A stretch of 50,883 nucleotides of DNA from Candidatus Nomurabacteria bacterium (GCA_026395915.1 JAPLXU010000017.1:3023-53905); one strand, 5' to 3'. Positions 8,698-18,142 are shown, counted from the stretch's first letter. Notes: generated from the sequence alone by a model not told the origin. Made by a program: numbers and translations.

Positions 8698-9800
8698 ATG
8701 TCAACTATCTTTACATTAGAAAAGCTCTATAAGGCATATAAGGAATGCCAAAAAGGCAAGAAAAACACAATTAACGCACTTTGTTTTGAAGTGGAACGGG
8801 AGAAAAATTTAATACTGCTTCTCAATGAGCTTCAAAGTGGAACATACGAGATATCGCGTTCTGTTTATTTTATTGTTACGAATCCGACTGCCCGTGAGAT
8901 ATTTGCCGCTGATTTCCGCGACCGGATAGTGCATCATCTTTTATGCAATGAAATTCAAAATATATTTGAAGCGGATTTTATTTCTGACTCATATGCAAAC
9001 AGAAAGAGAAAAGGTACGCATAAAGCTGTAGCGCAACTTCAAAAATATACTAGAGAAGCAAAGAGCAAAACAAAGAATGGATACTATCTTAAGCTTGATG
9101 TAGAGAGTTTTTTTTGTTCGATCAATAGAGAAATTCTGTATTCTATTGTTGAGAAAAAGATTAGAGATTGTTCACAACCTGTCGGGGGGGGGCTTCGAAG
9201 GAAATGAATTTAATACAGTGGCGAAGTGAGACGCTCTCCCTTGCAAAAAAAATAATTTTTCACGACCCGACGAAAAATTATTTTTATAAAGGTGATCCAA
9301 AGAAAAAAGCTCTTATTCCTCCTCATAAATCACTTTTTTGCGTCAAAAATAAAGGCTTACCGATTGGCAATCTCACTAGTCAGTTCTTTGCAAATGTGTA
9401 TCTCAATGAGCTCGATCATTTTGTGATTGACACCCTTGGCATTGAAAGATATATCAGATATGTTGACGATTTTGTTATAGTTCACGAAGACAAGAATCGG
9501 TTAACATCTGTTACGAAATCTATAGACATCTTTTTGAAAGAGATACTCGGTTTACGAATTCATCCTAAGAAAATATATCTTCAAGAGATTTACAAAGGCA
9601 TTGATTTTTTGGGCTATTTTATCAAACCCTCTCATATATTAGTTCGGCAGAGAGTAGTTCGGAGGTTTAAAAATCGTTTATATCAAAATATTGACGAAGA
9701 AGGATTTTTACTAGTTTCTAACATTCCAATGATACAGTCTTATCTAGGACATTTTGGACATGCAAATACTTTTAATCTGAAGAAGAAATTGGCAAGATAG
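8698..9800 (+). pseudogene. DGR reverse transcriptase, frameshifted at G9 tract 9184-9192 (possibly phase-variable; 367 aa if G10)
   Basis: N-half REIFAADFRDRIVHH, KGTHKA, YYLKLDVESFF; C-half GLPIGNLTSQFFAN, YIRYVDDF, GIDFLGY; the two frames overlap across the G tract. Confidence 0.93.
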
Positions 9801-9931
9801 AACATCTTTAGACTCTTTTATGGTATATTTAAGTAGTAAGGATTGTTTTTATCTGTAGCGGGTGGTCGCACTCACATAGGCACATATGTTGGAGTTTCGC
9901 CATCACCCGCTTCAAATGGAAATAATTTCTC

Positions 9932-9970
9932 ACCCAGCACCAAAACTCTGTTTTGGTGCTGGGTTTGTTT
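9932..9970 (+). terminator. Intrinsic terminator
   Basis: 15-bp perfect stem acccagcaccaaaac-tct-gttttggtgctgggt then T-rich tail. Confidence 0.8.
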
Positions 9971-9986
9971 GTGCTAGTATATATTT

Positions 9987-12554
9987 ATGTCTATTTTTAG
10001 CAAAGTTTTCGGCGACGAAAGCTCAAAATTCATTAAAAATGTGGCTGAAACGGTGGCCAAGATAAACGCTTTTGAAGCGGATATTTCGAAGTTGGCAGAT
10101 GAAGACTTTCCAAAGAAAACGAAGGAGCTCAAGGAAAGGCTAGGCAAGGGAGAGACATTGGACGACATTTTGCCTGAAGCTTTTGCTCTCGTTCGCGAAG
10201 CTATGAAACGCACGGATGGTATTCGTCTTTTTGATGTGCAGATGATCGGAGCGATAGCTTTACACAGAGGTCATATTGCGGAGATGAGAACCGGAGAAGG
10301 AAAAACGATGGTTGCTGTTCCTTCGGCATACTTGAACGCGCTTGAGGGTGGCGGGGTGCACATAGTTACCGTAAATGATTATTTGTCTCGCATCGGCGCC
10401 GTCTTGATGGGACAAGTTTATAATTTTTTGGGTTTGAGTGTTGGAGTCATAAATTCCAACAATGTTTCATATTTATATGATGCTACTCACAAAGAAGAAG
10501 ATCCCGAGCGCGACAAAGTGGGAGAATTTAAAATTGTCTATGATTTCTTGAAACCGTCTTCTCGAAGACAGTCGTATCAAGCGGATATCACTTATGGCAC
10601 CAATCACGAATATGGATTTGACTATCTGCGAGACAATTTAGCTACGAGTCTCGATGGTCTTGTGCAGAGAGGTCATCACTACGCCATTGTCGACGAGGTA
10701 GACTCTATTTTGATCGACGAAGCGCGTACTCCACTCATTATTTCTTCCGCGGCTGGTGACTCCGAAGATTTTTACGTTAAGTTTTATCAGATCGCTAAAC
10801 AATTAAAACGAGATACGGATTATGAAGTTGATGAAAAACTGAGAGCGATATCTTTGACTGACGCTGGCATCACCAAGGCTGAAACTCTTCTCGGCATCCA
10901 AAATATTTACACGGAAAAGGGCATAAAATATGTGCACCACTTGGAGACAGCCGTAAAAGCGCAAGCCATTTTTGAAAAAGACAAAGACTATGTCGTGAAA
11001 GAAGGCGAAGTCATCATCGTAGATCCTTTTACCGGACGTCTCCAGCCGGGTAGGCGTTGGTCCGAGGGCATCCATCAAGCGATTGAAGCGAAAGAAGGCG
11101 TGAAAATCGAAAAAGAAACTCGTTCGTCTGGTTCGATTACTTTCCAGAATTATTTCAGATTTTACAAAAAGCTTTCCGGCATGACGGGCACGGCGGAAAC
11201 TTCTGCTGAAGAATTTTTAAAAGTTTACGGATTAGACGTCATCGTGATTCCGACGAATCGTCCCGTCGTCCGCATAGACCACAACGATTTGATTTTCCAA
11301 ACAGAGAAAGGGAAATTTGAAGCCATTGCAAAAAAAGTCAAAGAGCTGAACACGAAAGGCGTGCCGGTTTTGATAGGCACCATTTCCATAGAAAAAAACG
11401 AGCTTCTTTCCGCATATCTAAAGCAAGAAGGCGTGCCTCATGTTATTTTGAACGCAAAAAATCATGAAAAAGAAGGTGAAATTATCGCTCAGGCCGGCAA
11501 ACGTGATGCGGTAACTATAGCCACGAACATGGCTGGACGCGGAATCGATATCAAGCTCGGTGGCAATCCTATCGTCAAATCTGAATACGAATTCGTGAAA
11601 GGCGCTGGCGGACTTTTTGTCTTGGGCACGGAACGTCATGAAGCGAGAAGAATCGACAACCAGCTTCGAGGCCGTTCCGGCAGACAAGGCGATCCGGGCG
11701 AGACTCAATTTTATGTTTCGCTCGAAGATGACTTGATGCGCGTATTCGGTTCAGAAAAAATAAAAACGATGATGGGACGTTTCGGCATACCGGAAGATCA
11801 GCCGATCGAAAATCGTTTCATTGGTAGGACTCTCGAAGGAGCGCAAGCCAAAATAGAGGGCTTTCATTTTGATGCCAGAAAAAACACTCTCGAATATGAC
11901 GATGTGATGAATCATCAACGCAAAATTATTTACGAGCGAAGGCAAAAGATGTTGAGAGCGGACAAAAATGAGATAGAAGAGTTGCTCAAAAATGTGACAG
12001 AAGGAAAAGAAGGCGCGGACAAGATCGTTGAAGAAAAAAGAAAGAAATTGGGCGAGGAAGCATTTTTGGAAGTCATTCGTCGCATTGCTCTCTACACTAC
12101 CGATACGCTTTGGATGGAACATTTGGAGGCGATGGATTATCTGCGCGGTTCAGTAAATTTGCGAGCATACGGACAACGCGAGCCGATTGTTGAATATAAA
12201 AAAGACGGACTCATGATGTTTAAAGAAATGGAAGAAACTTTCAAAGAGCAAGTTTTTTCTTTGATCGGTACTATTACAGAACCAGCTAAAGCGGAAGACA
12301 ATGCTCCCAAGCAGACTTTGGTAGTAAGTCAAGCAGAATCTTCCGAGCTCGACGAAGAAAAAGAGGCATCTCCACAAATAGGAGACATGAAACCTGCCCG
12401 CAATGCTTCAGGCATAGCTGATGCAGGCGGGGATATTGGCCGTAATGACCCCTGTCCATGCGGAGCAATTAATCCAGCCACTGGCGAAGTCTACAAATAT
12501 AAAAAATGCGGTTTGATAAATGCTCCCCAACATCGAAAGTCGTTGATAAATTAA
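9987..12554 (+). CDS. secA: Preprotein translocase subunit SecA
   Basis: MRTGEGKT, IVDEVDSILIDEARTPLIIS, TIATNMAGRG, QLRGRSGRQGDPG, GRNDPCPCG. Confidence 0.99.
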   Translation: MSIFSKVFGDESSKFIKNVAETVAKINAFEADISKLADEDFPKKTKELKERLGKGETLDDILPEAFALVREAMKRTDGIRLFDVQMIGAIALHRGHIAEMRTGEGKTMVAVPSAYLNALEGGGVHIVTVNDYLSRIGAVLMGQVYNFLGLSVGVINSNNVSYLYDATHKEEDPERDKVGEFKIVYDFLKPSSRRQSYQADITYGTNHEYGFDYLRDNLATSLDGLVQRGHHYAIVDEVDSILIDEARTPLIISSAAGDSEDFYVKFYQIAKQLKRDTDYEVDEKLRAISLTDAGITKAETLLGIQNIYTEKGIKYVHHLETAVKAQAIFEKDKDYVVKEGEVIIVDPFTGRLQPGRRWSEGIHQAIEAKEGVKIEKETRSSGSITFQNYFRFYKKLSGMTGTAETSAEEFLKVYGLDVIVIPTNRPVVRIDHNDLIFQTEKGKFEAIAKKVKELNTKGVPVLIGTISIEKNELLSAYLKQEGVPHVILNAKNHEKEGEIIAQAGKRDAVTIATNMAGRGIDIKLGGNPIVKSEYEFVKGAGGLFVLGTERHEARRIDNQLRGRSGRQGDPGETQFYVSLEDDLMRVFGSEKIKTMMGRFGIPEDQPIENRFIGRTLEGAQAKIEGFHFDARKNTLEYDDVMNHQRKIIYERRQKMLRADKNEIEELLKNVTEGKEGADKIVEEKRKKLGEEAFLEVIRRIALYTTDTLWMEHLEAMDYLRGSVNLRAYGQREPIVEYKKDGLMMFKEMEETFKEQVFSLIGTITEPAKAEDNAPKQTLVVSQAESSELDEEKEASPQIGDMKPARNASGIADAGGDIGRNDPCPCGAINPATGEVYKYKKCGLINAPQHRKSLIN
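12393..12431 (+). repeat. Family A1 element in frame in secA (PARNASGIADAGG)
   Basis: cctgcccgcaatgcttcaggcatagctgatgcaggcggg, 39 bp. Confidence 0.92.
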
Positions 12555-12558
12555 ATTT

Positions 12559-12882
12559 ATGATTAACATAGAGGATTTCAAAAAAGTAGAAATAAAAATA
12601 GGTAAAGTAATATCTGCAGAAAAGATACCTGAGGGAGACAAGCTTTTGAAATTAATTTTTGACATGGGTGGAGAACAAAGACAGGTCATGTCTGGCATTG
12701 CGGAATTTTATAGCGACCCATCAATATTGGTGGGTAAGGAAATGCCGGTAGTAGTGAATATTGAACCCCGCAAACTTAAAGGTTATGAAAGCCAGGGTAT
12801 GATAATGGCAGCTGATGTCGATGGTCGTCCTGTTTTATTATACCCAGAGACTGAAGTTGCTCCCGGAAGTATTGTAAAATAG
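12559..12882 (+). CDS. tRNA-binding OB-fold protein (Trbp111/CsaA/MetRS C-terminal-like)
   Basis: IEDFKKVEIKIGKV, DKLLKL, RQVMSGI, ESQGMIMA. Confidence 0.92.
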   Translation: MINIEDFKKVEIKIGKVISAEKIPEGDKLLKLIFDMGGEQRQVMSGIAEFYSDPSILVGKEMPVVVNIEPRKLKGYESQGMIMAADVDGRPVLLYPETEVAPGSIVK

Positions 12883-12936
12883 AGTTATGAAAAAGATTGT
12901 TTTTTAATGATCTAATGTGTAAGATTGTTAAATTTT

Positions 12937-13194
12937 ATGGGAAGTACAAATAATATAAAAATAGGTAAATATAAACATTTCAAAGGAGATATTATGGAAG
13001 TGATTGGTGTGGGGTTGCACAGTGAAACTCTTGAAGAATTTGTTTTATACAAACATATTACTGGAAAACGCGCAGGAGAATCGAATTATTGGGTCAGGCC
13101 GTTGAAAATGTTTTTGGAAAAAGTCGAAGTCGATGGCCACGCCGAAGGACGGGCAAGTAAAAAAGTTTCAAGGTTTGAATATATAGGACAGTAA
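12937..13194 (+). CDS. DUF1653 family protein
   Basis: GKYKHFKG, HSETLEEFVLYK, WVRPLKMFLE, RFEY. Confidence 0.9.
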   Translation: MGSTNNIKIGKYKHFKGDIMEVIGVGLHSETLEEFVLYKHITGKRAGESNYWVRPLKMFLEKVEVDGHAEGRASKKVSRFEYIGQ

Positions 13195-13231
13195 AATATG
13201 AAAAAACTTTTGGCATTTTCAATACACCGTT

Positions 13232-13564
13232 ATGATTTTTAAAATATTACAAATTCGAAAAATGGCTAATGAGGTAAGGGAAAATCCTGGCAAATTTGCG
13301 GGCGGGAAAATAGGAGAGATGTTTTTGGGTGTGCTGTTTATGCCATCTTTGATTTCTTTTATTATCGTATGCGGTTTTTTCATTTTGGGTTTTACCACTT
13401 TCCTTGGCGGTCCTTATGGCTTTTTCAAATTTCTTTTCGTGATATTTTTCCTAGGCATTTTGTGCGTGGTGTATTTTATAAGAAAAATTTATAGATTCAT
13501 TAAATCCATAACAGAAAATGCGGTAAATGATACTATCAAAGTAAAATCAAGAATCGTTGAATAA
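13232..13564 (+). CDS. Hypothetical membrane protein (2 TM)
   Basis: 110-aa ORF with two hydrophobic segments. Confidence 0.7.
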   Translation: MIFKILQIRKMANEVRENPGKFAGGKIGEMFLGVLFMPSLISFIIVCGFFILGFTTFLGGPYGFFKFLFVIFFLGILCVVYFIRKIYRFIKSITENAVNDTIKVKSRIVE

Positions 13565-13613
13565 TATGTTCAAAGCGGTAATTTTTGATTTGAATATGTT
13601 AAAATAAGAAAAA

Positions 13614-14891
13614 ATGAAAAACTTAAAGAAAAAAATTAAAACGATTTACTGGTGGGCTTTATCTTTTGTTGCTCGTTATTATTATGGAAATCCGTCTAGG
13701 AAATTAAAAGTCGTAGGAGTTACTGGCACGAGCGGGAAGACCACGACAGCCACGTTGCTTTATAAGATCTCGACCGAGCTTGGTTACAAAACCGGATTGA
13801 TAGGCACTGTGGAAAATATCATTGTAAAAGAAGAAGAAGTAGCAAAGATGACCACTCCGGATTCTTTGACTCTCACAAAACTTTTTAATAAGATGAGCAA
13901 CGCAGGTTGCGAGTATGTTTTTATGGAAGTGTCTTCCCACGCCATAGATCAAAACCGTGTTCGAGGTATAAATTTTGTCGGCGGAGTTTTCACCAACTTA
14001 TCTCAAGATCATTTTGATTATCACAAAAATTTTGAGAATTATTTTCAAGCAAAGAAAAAATTTTTCAAGATGCTGTCAAAAAAAGCTTTTGCTCTCTCGA
14101 ATATCGATGACAAATACGGTGAAAAAATGCTCGAAGGTATAAAAGCTAGAAAGTTTTCTTATGGATTTGAAAAGCCAGAGGTCAGACCTATGGGAATCTC
14201 CCATAGGTCTGACCTCTGGGCAGATTTTCATGGAGAAATAAAAAAAATGGATTTCGATGGTCTAGAAATGACTTTTAACGATATCACCATCAAGACCAAA
14301 CTTTTGGGAAAGTTTAACGCATATAATTTGCTCGCGATTTGGAGCGCATGTTCGCTTCTCGGTTTTGATATGGAAAAAGTAAACACGATTTTGGAAAACA
14401 TCGAGCCACCGCGAGGAAGGTTTGAACATTTTACTTCGAAAAGCGGAGTGCTTGTGATAGTGGATTATGCTCACAAACCGGACGCTCTCGAAAAAATATT
14501 TTCAGCAATCAAAGAAGTAATCGGAGGAAAAGGAAAATTAATTTCTGTTTTCGGTTGCGGTGGCGATCGAGACCCGTTCAAGCGTCCCATTATGGGAAAA
14601 ATCGGGGCTGTCAATTCCGATATCGCAATTTTCACTTCAGACAATCCGCGAAGCGAAAATCCGGAGAAAATTATCGAGCAAATGAAAACCAGTCTATCCG
14701 TCGATGATCTTAAAAAAATAAAAACCATTCCAAACAGACGCGAAGCTATTTTGGAAGCGATTAAACTAGTGCAAAAAGGAGATATAATTCTTTGCGCTGG
14801 TAAGGGTCACGAAGATTATCAGGAAATCAAAGGCGTGAAGCATCACTTTGACGATATGGAAGAATTCAAAAAAGCTTATGCGGAATTATAA
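13614..14891 (+). CDS. murE: UDP-MurNAc-tripeptide synthetase MurE
   Basis: VTGTSGKTT, MTTPD, MEVSSHA, VDYAHKPD, FGCGGDRD, SDNPRSE (DNPR suggests meso-DAP), AGKGHE. Confidence 0.97.
   Translation: MKNLKKKIKTIYWWALSFVARYYYGNPSRKLKVVGVTGTSGKTTTATLLYKISTELGYKTGLIGTVENIIVKEEEVAKMTTPDSLTLTKLFNKMSNAGCEYVFMEVSSHAIDQNRVRGINFVGGVFTNLSQDHFDYHKNFENYFQAKKKFFKMLSKKAFALSNIDDKYGEKMLEGIKARKFSYGFEKPEVRPMGISHRSDLWADFHGEIKKMDFDGLEMTFNDITIKTKLLGKFNAYNLLAIWSACSLLGFDMEKVNTILENIEPPRGRFEHFTSKSGVLVIVDYAHKPDALEKIFSAIKEVIGGKGKLISVFGCGGDRDPFKRPIMGKIGAVNSDIAIFTSDNPRSENPEKIIEQMKTSLSVDDLKKIKTIPNRREAILEAIKLVQKGDIILCAGKGHEDYQEIKGVKHHFDDMEEFKKAYAEL
14175..14219. repeat. 45-bp palindrome in frame in murE (21-bp arms)
   Basis: ccagaggtcagacctatggga-atc-tcccataggtctgacctctgg. 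Confidence 0.92.
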
Positions 14892-16215
14892 AGAATTTTT
14901 TAAGGGTAAAAAAATCACAGTTATGGGGCTGGGGATTTTAGGGCGGGGATTGGGATACACAAAATTTTTAGCGGAATGCGGAGCCGATTTGATCGTGACT
15001 GACCTGAAGACCAAAGAGCAATTAGCAACATCAATAAAAGTTTTAGGAAAACACAAAAACATAAAATTTGTTTTGGGCGAACATAGACTGGAAGATTTCG
15101 GAAATAGGGATATGGTGATAAAAGCGGCTGGCGTGCCTCTCGATTCTGTATACATTGCCGAGGCAAGAAAAAATAGCATCCCGATTGAGATGGATGTTTC
15201 TCTTTTTGCAAAATTAATGCAGGAGGTGATGATCGTCGGCGTTACAGGGACGAGAGGAAAATCTATGACCACTGCTCTCATTTATGAAATTCTAAAAACT
15301 AACGAAAAATTTTTAAAGAAAAAAGTCCATATCGGTGGAAACGTCCGCGGAGTAGCTACACTTCCTCTTCTTAAGAAAGCAAAAGCCGGAGATATTTTGG
15401 TTTGCGAACTTGATTCTTGGCAATTGCAAGGCTTTGGCGAGGCGAAAATTTCTCCACATATTTCTGTCTTTACTTCTTTTATGCCTGATCATATGAATTA
15501 TTATAAAAATGACATGAAAGCTTATTTTAACGACAAAGCAAATATTTTTAGAAATCAGCACAGCGCAGATTTTTTGATAATTCGTCCTCCTATGGAAGAA
15601 TTCATTAATAAGGATGATACGAAAGGGACACTTCTCGTAGCAAATAAAAACAATGTGAAAGATTGGAAGTTTCTCGTCCCCGGAGAACATCAAAGAGAAA
15701 ATCTAGCTTGTGCCGTTGTTGTGGCTGAAACGCTTGGCATACCAAAAGATAAAATTAAAAAAGCTGTAGAAAAATTTAAAGGATTGGAAGGCAGATTGCA
15801 ATATGTGAAAACGATAAAAGGCGTGAAAATATATAATGACAACAACGCCACAACTCCGGAGGCCACTGTCGCGGGGATTGAAGCGCTGAAAGACGACAAA
15901 AGGAAAAACATAATTTTAATTTGTGGCGGGTCGAATAAAAATCTGCCTTTGGATAGTTTTGTAAAAGTTGTGAATGAGTATTGCAAAGCTATCGTGATGA
16001 TACCGGGCAGTGGCACAGATAAGCTTTCTAGTTTCGAGTTGAAAATTGTAAGTCATAAAGTTGAAAGTCTGAAAGAAGCATTAAAAACCGCGTTAGGTCT
16101 TGCCTCACGTGGAGATATTGTTATGTTTTCTCCAGCCTTTGCGTCTTTTAGAATGTTCAACAACGAGTACGAGAGGAATGATTTGTTTATGAAAATAGTT
16201 AAGAAATTAAAATAA
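14878..16215 (+). CDS. murD: UDP-MurNAc-L-Ala--D-Glu ligase MurD
   Basis: VMGLGILGRG, VTGTRGKSMT, ELDSWQL, DHMNYY, IYNDNNAT, FSPAFAS. Confidence 0.95.
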   Translation: MRNYKEFFKGKKITVMGLGILGRGLGYTKFLAECGADLIVTDLKTKEQLATSIKVLGKHKNIKFVLGEHRLEDFGNRDMVIKAAGVPLDSVYIAEARKNSIPIEMDVSLFAKLMQEVMIVGVTGTRGKSMTTALIYEILKTNEKFLKKKVHIGGNVRGVATLPLLKKAKAGDILVCELDSWQLQGFGEAKISPHISVFTSFMPDHMNYYKNDMKAYFNDKANIFRNQHSADFLIIRPPMEEFINKDDTKGTLLVANKNNVKDWKFLVPGEHQRENLACAVVVAETLGIPKDKIKKAVEKFKGLEGRLQYVKTIKGVKIYNDNNATTPEATVAGIEALKDDKRKNIILICGGSNKNLPLDSFVKVVNEYCKAIVMIPGSGTDKLSSFELKIVSHKVESLKEALKTALGLASRGDIVMFSPAFASFRMFNNEYERNDLFMKIVKKLK

Positions 16216-16216
16216 G

Positions 16217-16693
16217 ATGAATTTTAGACAGAAAATTAAAAAAACTTTTTATTTTTTCCGAAATCCTATTTATAAATTATATTGTTTTATATTTAGGCCA
16301 AAATCATTAGGAGTAAAAACAGTGGTTGAAAATAATGACGGGAAAATTCTTATGGTTCGAATTAGTTATGCTCACAGAAAATGGACCTTTCCGGGTGGTG
16401 GCGTAAAACGCAAAGAATCATTTGAGGAAGCAGCAATAAGAGAGCTAGAAGAAGAAGTTGGAATAAAAACGCAGCACTTAATTGAGATGGGTGGATATAT
16501 CTCAGATAGAAATTTTAAGAAAAATATTGTAAAATGCTTTTACCTTAAAGTAGATTCTTCTTTTGTGAGGATTGATAATTTTGAAATTTCTGAATTAATT
16601 TGGTGCAATCCAGGAGAACTTCCAGAAGGTAATTCTTTTTCTGTGCCTGAGATATTGGAGATCTATAAAAATTTTAAATCAAAAACAATATGA
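16217..16693 (+). CDS. NUDIX hydrolase
   Basis: Nudix box GGGVKRKESFEEAAIRELEEEVG. Confidence 0.92.
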   Translation: MNFRQKIKKTFYFFRNPIYKLYCFIFRPKSLGVKTVVENNDGKILMVRISYAHRKWTFPGGGVKRKESFEEAAIRELEEEVGIKTQHLIEMGGYISDRNFKKNIVKCFYLKVDSSFVRIDNFEISELIWCNPGELPEGNSFSVPEILEIYKNFKSKTI

Positions 16694-17979
16694 ATATAGA
16701 CTTATTAAAAATTAACACTTCGAAAATACTCAGTGCAAGAAAAATATTTTTCATCGGTATTGGCGGGATTGGGATTTCTGCTTTGGCAAAGATGGCTCTT
16801 TCGCGCGGGATGGAAGTTTCTGGCGTAAACGACGAAGAAGGGAAGACCATAGACTCGCTCAAAGAACTCGGCGTGAGTGTGATAATGTCAAAGACCGTCT
16901 TTGACATACCGGAGGCGGATTTATATGTTTACAGCGATGCGTGGCTTTATCGCGGACCGGAAATTTTAGAAAAAGCAAAAAAAACTGGCAAACCGGTTAT
17001 GAGTTATTTCGAGGCGTTGGGCATTTTCGCAAAGGAGTACAAAGTCATAGCGATTGCTGGCACTCACGGAAAGACGACAACGACAGCAATGGTGGCAGAA
17101 GTTTTAATAGACGCAGGATTAGATCCGACGGTCATAGTTGGTTCGTTCGTTAAAAAATTTGATTCCAATTTTCGCGCTGGAAAAGGAGAATATCTGGTAG
17201 TTGAGGCAGACGAATATAATCGGCATTTTTTAAATTTTCATCCGTTTATTGCAGTCGTGACAAACATCGAAGCAGATCATTTGGATTGTTATAAAGACCT
17301 GGCGGACATAAAAGATGCATTTAATAAATTTATTTCACAAAGCGAGAATAAAGTTTTGGACTATACGAAATATTTGGATAAGGTGCCGAAATTATCAGTA
17401 CCCGGTGAGCACAACAGGATGAATGCGGTGGCTACGCTCGCTGTGGCAGACATTTTGAATATCAACGAAGAAGTCGCTCAAAAATCCTTAGCAGAATTTT
17501 CTGGCACTTGGCGCCGGCTTGAGAAAAAAGGAAAAACGAAAGAGGGGACTATTGTCTATGACGATTATGCTCATCATCCGACGGAAATCAAGGCGAGCTT
17601 GCAAGCTCTCCGAGAACTTTACTCGAAAGGTGGATATAATATTACTGTTTTATTCCAACCGCATCTTTACAGCCGTACGAAGGCTTTGTTTAATGATTTT
17701 GTGACCTGTTTTGATGATGCTGACAATGTCTTGCTCTTGCCGATATATTTTGCGCGTGAAGCTAAGGACGAGAGTGTTTCAAGTAAAAAATTAGCCGATG
17801 CAATACGCATGCACCGTGGAGAGGCAGTCGCTTTTGATAGTTTTACTGAAGCAGAAGAATGGGTTTCAAAGATGAAACTTGGCCCAAAAGACGTCTTTGT
17901 AACAATGGGGGCTGGTGAAGCCTACAAAGTTGCCGATAAGGTTTTCGGGGCTAAAAATTTGACTTTTGACTCAAAATAG
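16690..17979 (+). CDS. murC: UDP-MurNAc--L-Ala ligase MurC
   Basis: IGIGGIGIS, IAGTHGKTTTT, VEADE, DDYAHHPTEI, FQPHLYSRT, MGAG. Confidence 0.97.
   Translation: MNIDLLKINTSKILSARKIFFIGIGGIGISALAKMALSRGMEVSGVNDEEGKTIDSLKELGVSVIMSKTVFDIPEADLYVYSDAWLYRGPEILEKAKKTGKPVMSYFEALGIFAKEYKVIAIAGTHGKTTTTAMVAEVLIDAGLDPTVIVGSFVKKFDSNFRAGKGEYLVVEADEYNRHFLNFHPFIAVVTNIEADHLDCYKDLADIKDAFNKFISQSENKVLDYTKYLDKVPKLSVPGEHNRMNAVATLAVADILNINEEVAQKSLAEFSGTWRRLEKKGKTKEGTIVYDDYAHHPTEIKASLQALRELYSKGGYNITVLFQPHLYSRTKALFNDFVTCFDDADNVLLLPIYFAREAKDESVSSKKLADAIRMHRGEAVAFDSFTEAEEWVSKMKLGPKDVFVTMGAGEAYKVADKVFGAKNLTFDSK
16885..16907. repeat. REP-like palindrome family C in frame in murC
   Basis: atgtcaaaga-ccg-tctttgacat; 22 of 22 nt identical to the RAYT-flanking copy at 25337-25358. 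Confidence 0.88.
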
Positions 17980-18085
17980 TATAGTATATAGATAACCTTG
18001 TTTTTAGGCTTCCAAGCTTAATAAATAAGGCTTTTTTAGTTTATTGGCGGTTTTAGACTAGAAATATACAGTTACTGAATTGGCA

Positions 18086-18124
18086 CCTGCCCGCTTTCGC
18101 CTGAGCGAAGCGATGGCGGGCGGG
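18086..18124 (+). repeat. Family A2 element, 39 bp, in a 5' leader
   Basis: cctgcccgctttcgcctgagcgaagcgatggcgggcggg. Confidence 0.9.
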
Positions 18125-18142
18125 GAGCAAAACCGCTTTAAT

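Larger units (their letters stand above)
6849..9800 (+). mobile_element. Diversity-generating retroelement cassette: target(VR)-avd-TR-RT
   Basis: 144-bp TR/VR pair with 15 of 17 mismatches at TR adenines; Avd-like gene; DGR-class RT. Confidence 0.97.

Noticed and set aside
8529-8732. Asn-rich 67-aa ORF
   Set aside because: It is the translation of the DGR template repeat.
8641-9800. RT as group II intron, retron or two separate genes
   Set aside because: The TR/VR pair, avd and GNLTSQ/YVDD motifs indicate a DGR RT; the halves are complementary parts of one domain.
4983-9970. DGR region as a prophage or tRNA-integrated island
   Set aside because: No integrase or phage genes, and I found no duplicated tRNA 3' end (att site).
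18080-18142. N-terminal extension MAPARFRLSEAMAGG on the 18080 ORF
   Set aside because: It derives from the family A2 repeat with a TTG start; ATG 18143 is more plausible, so it was not counted as a coding insertion.
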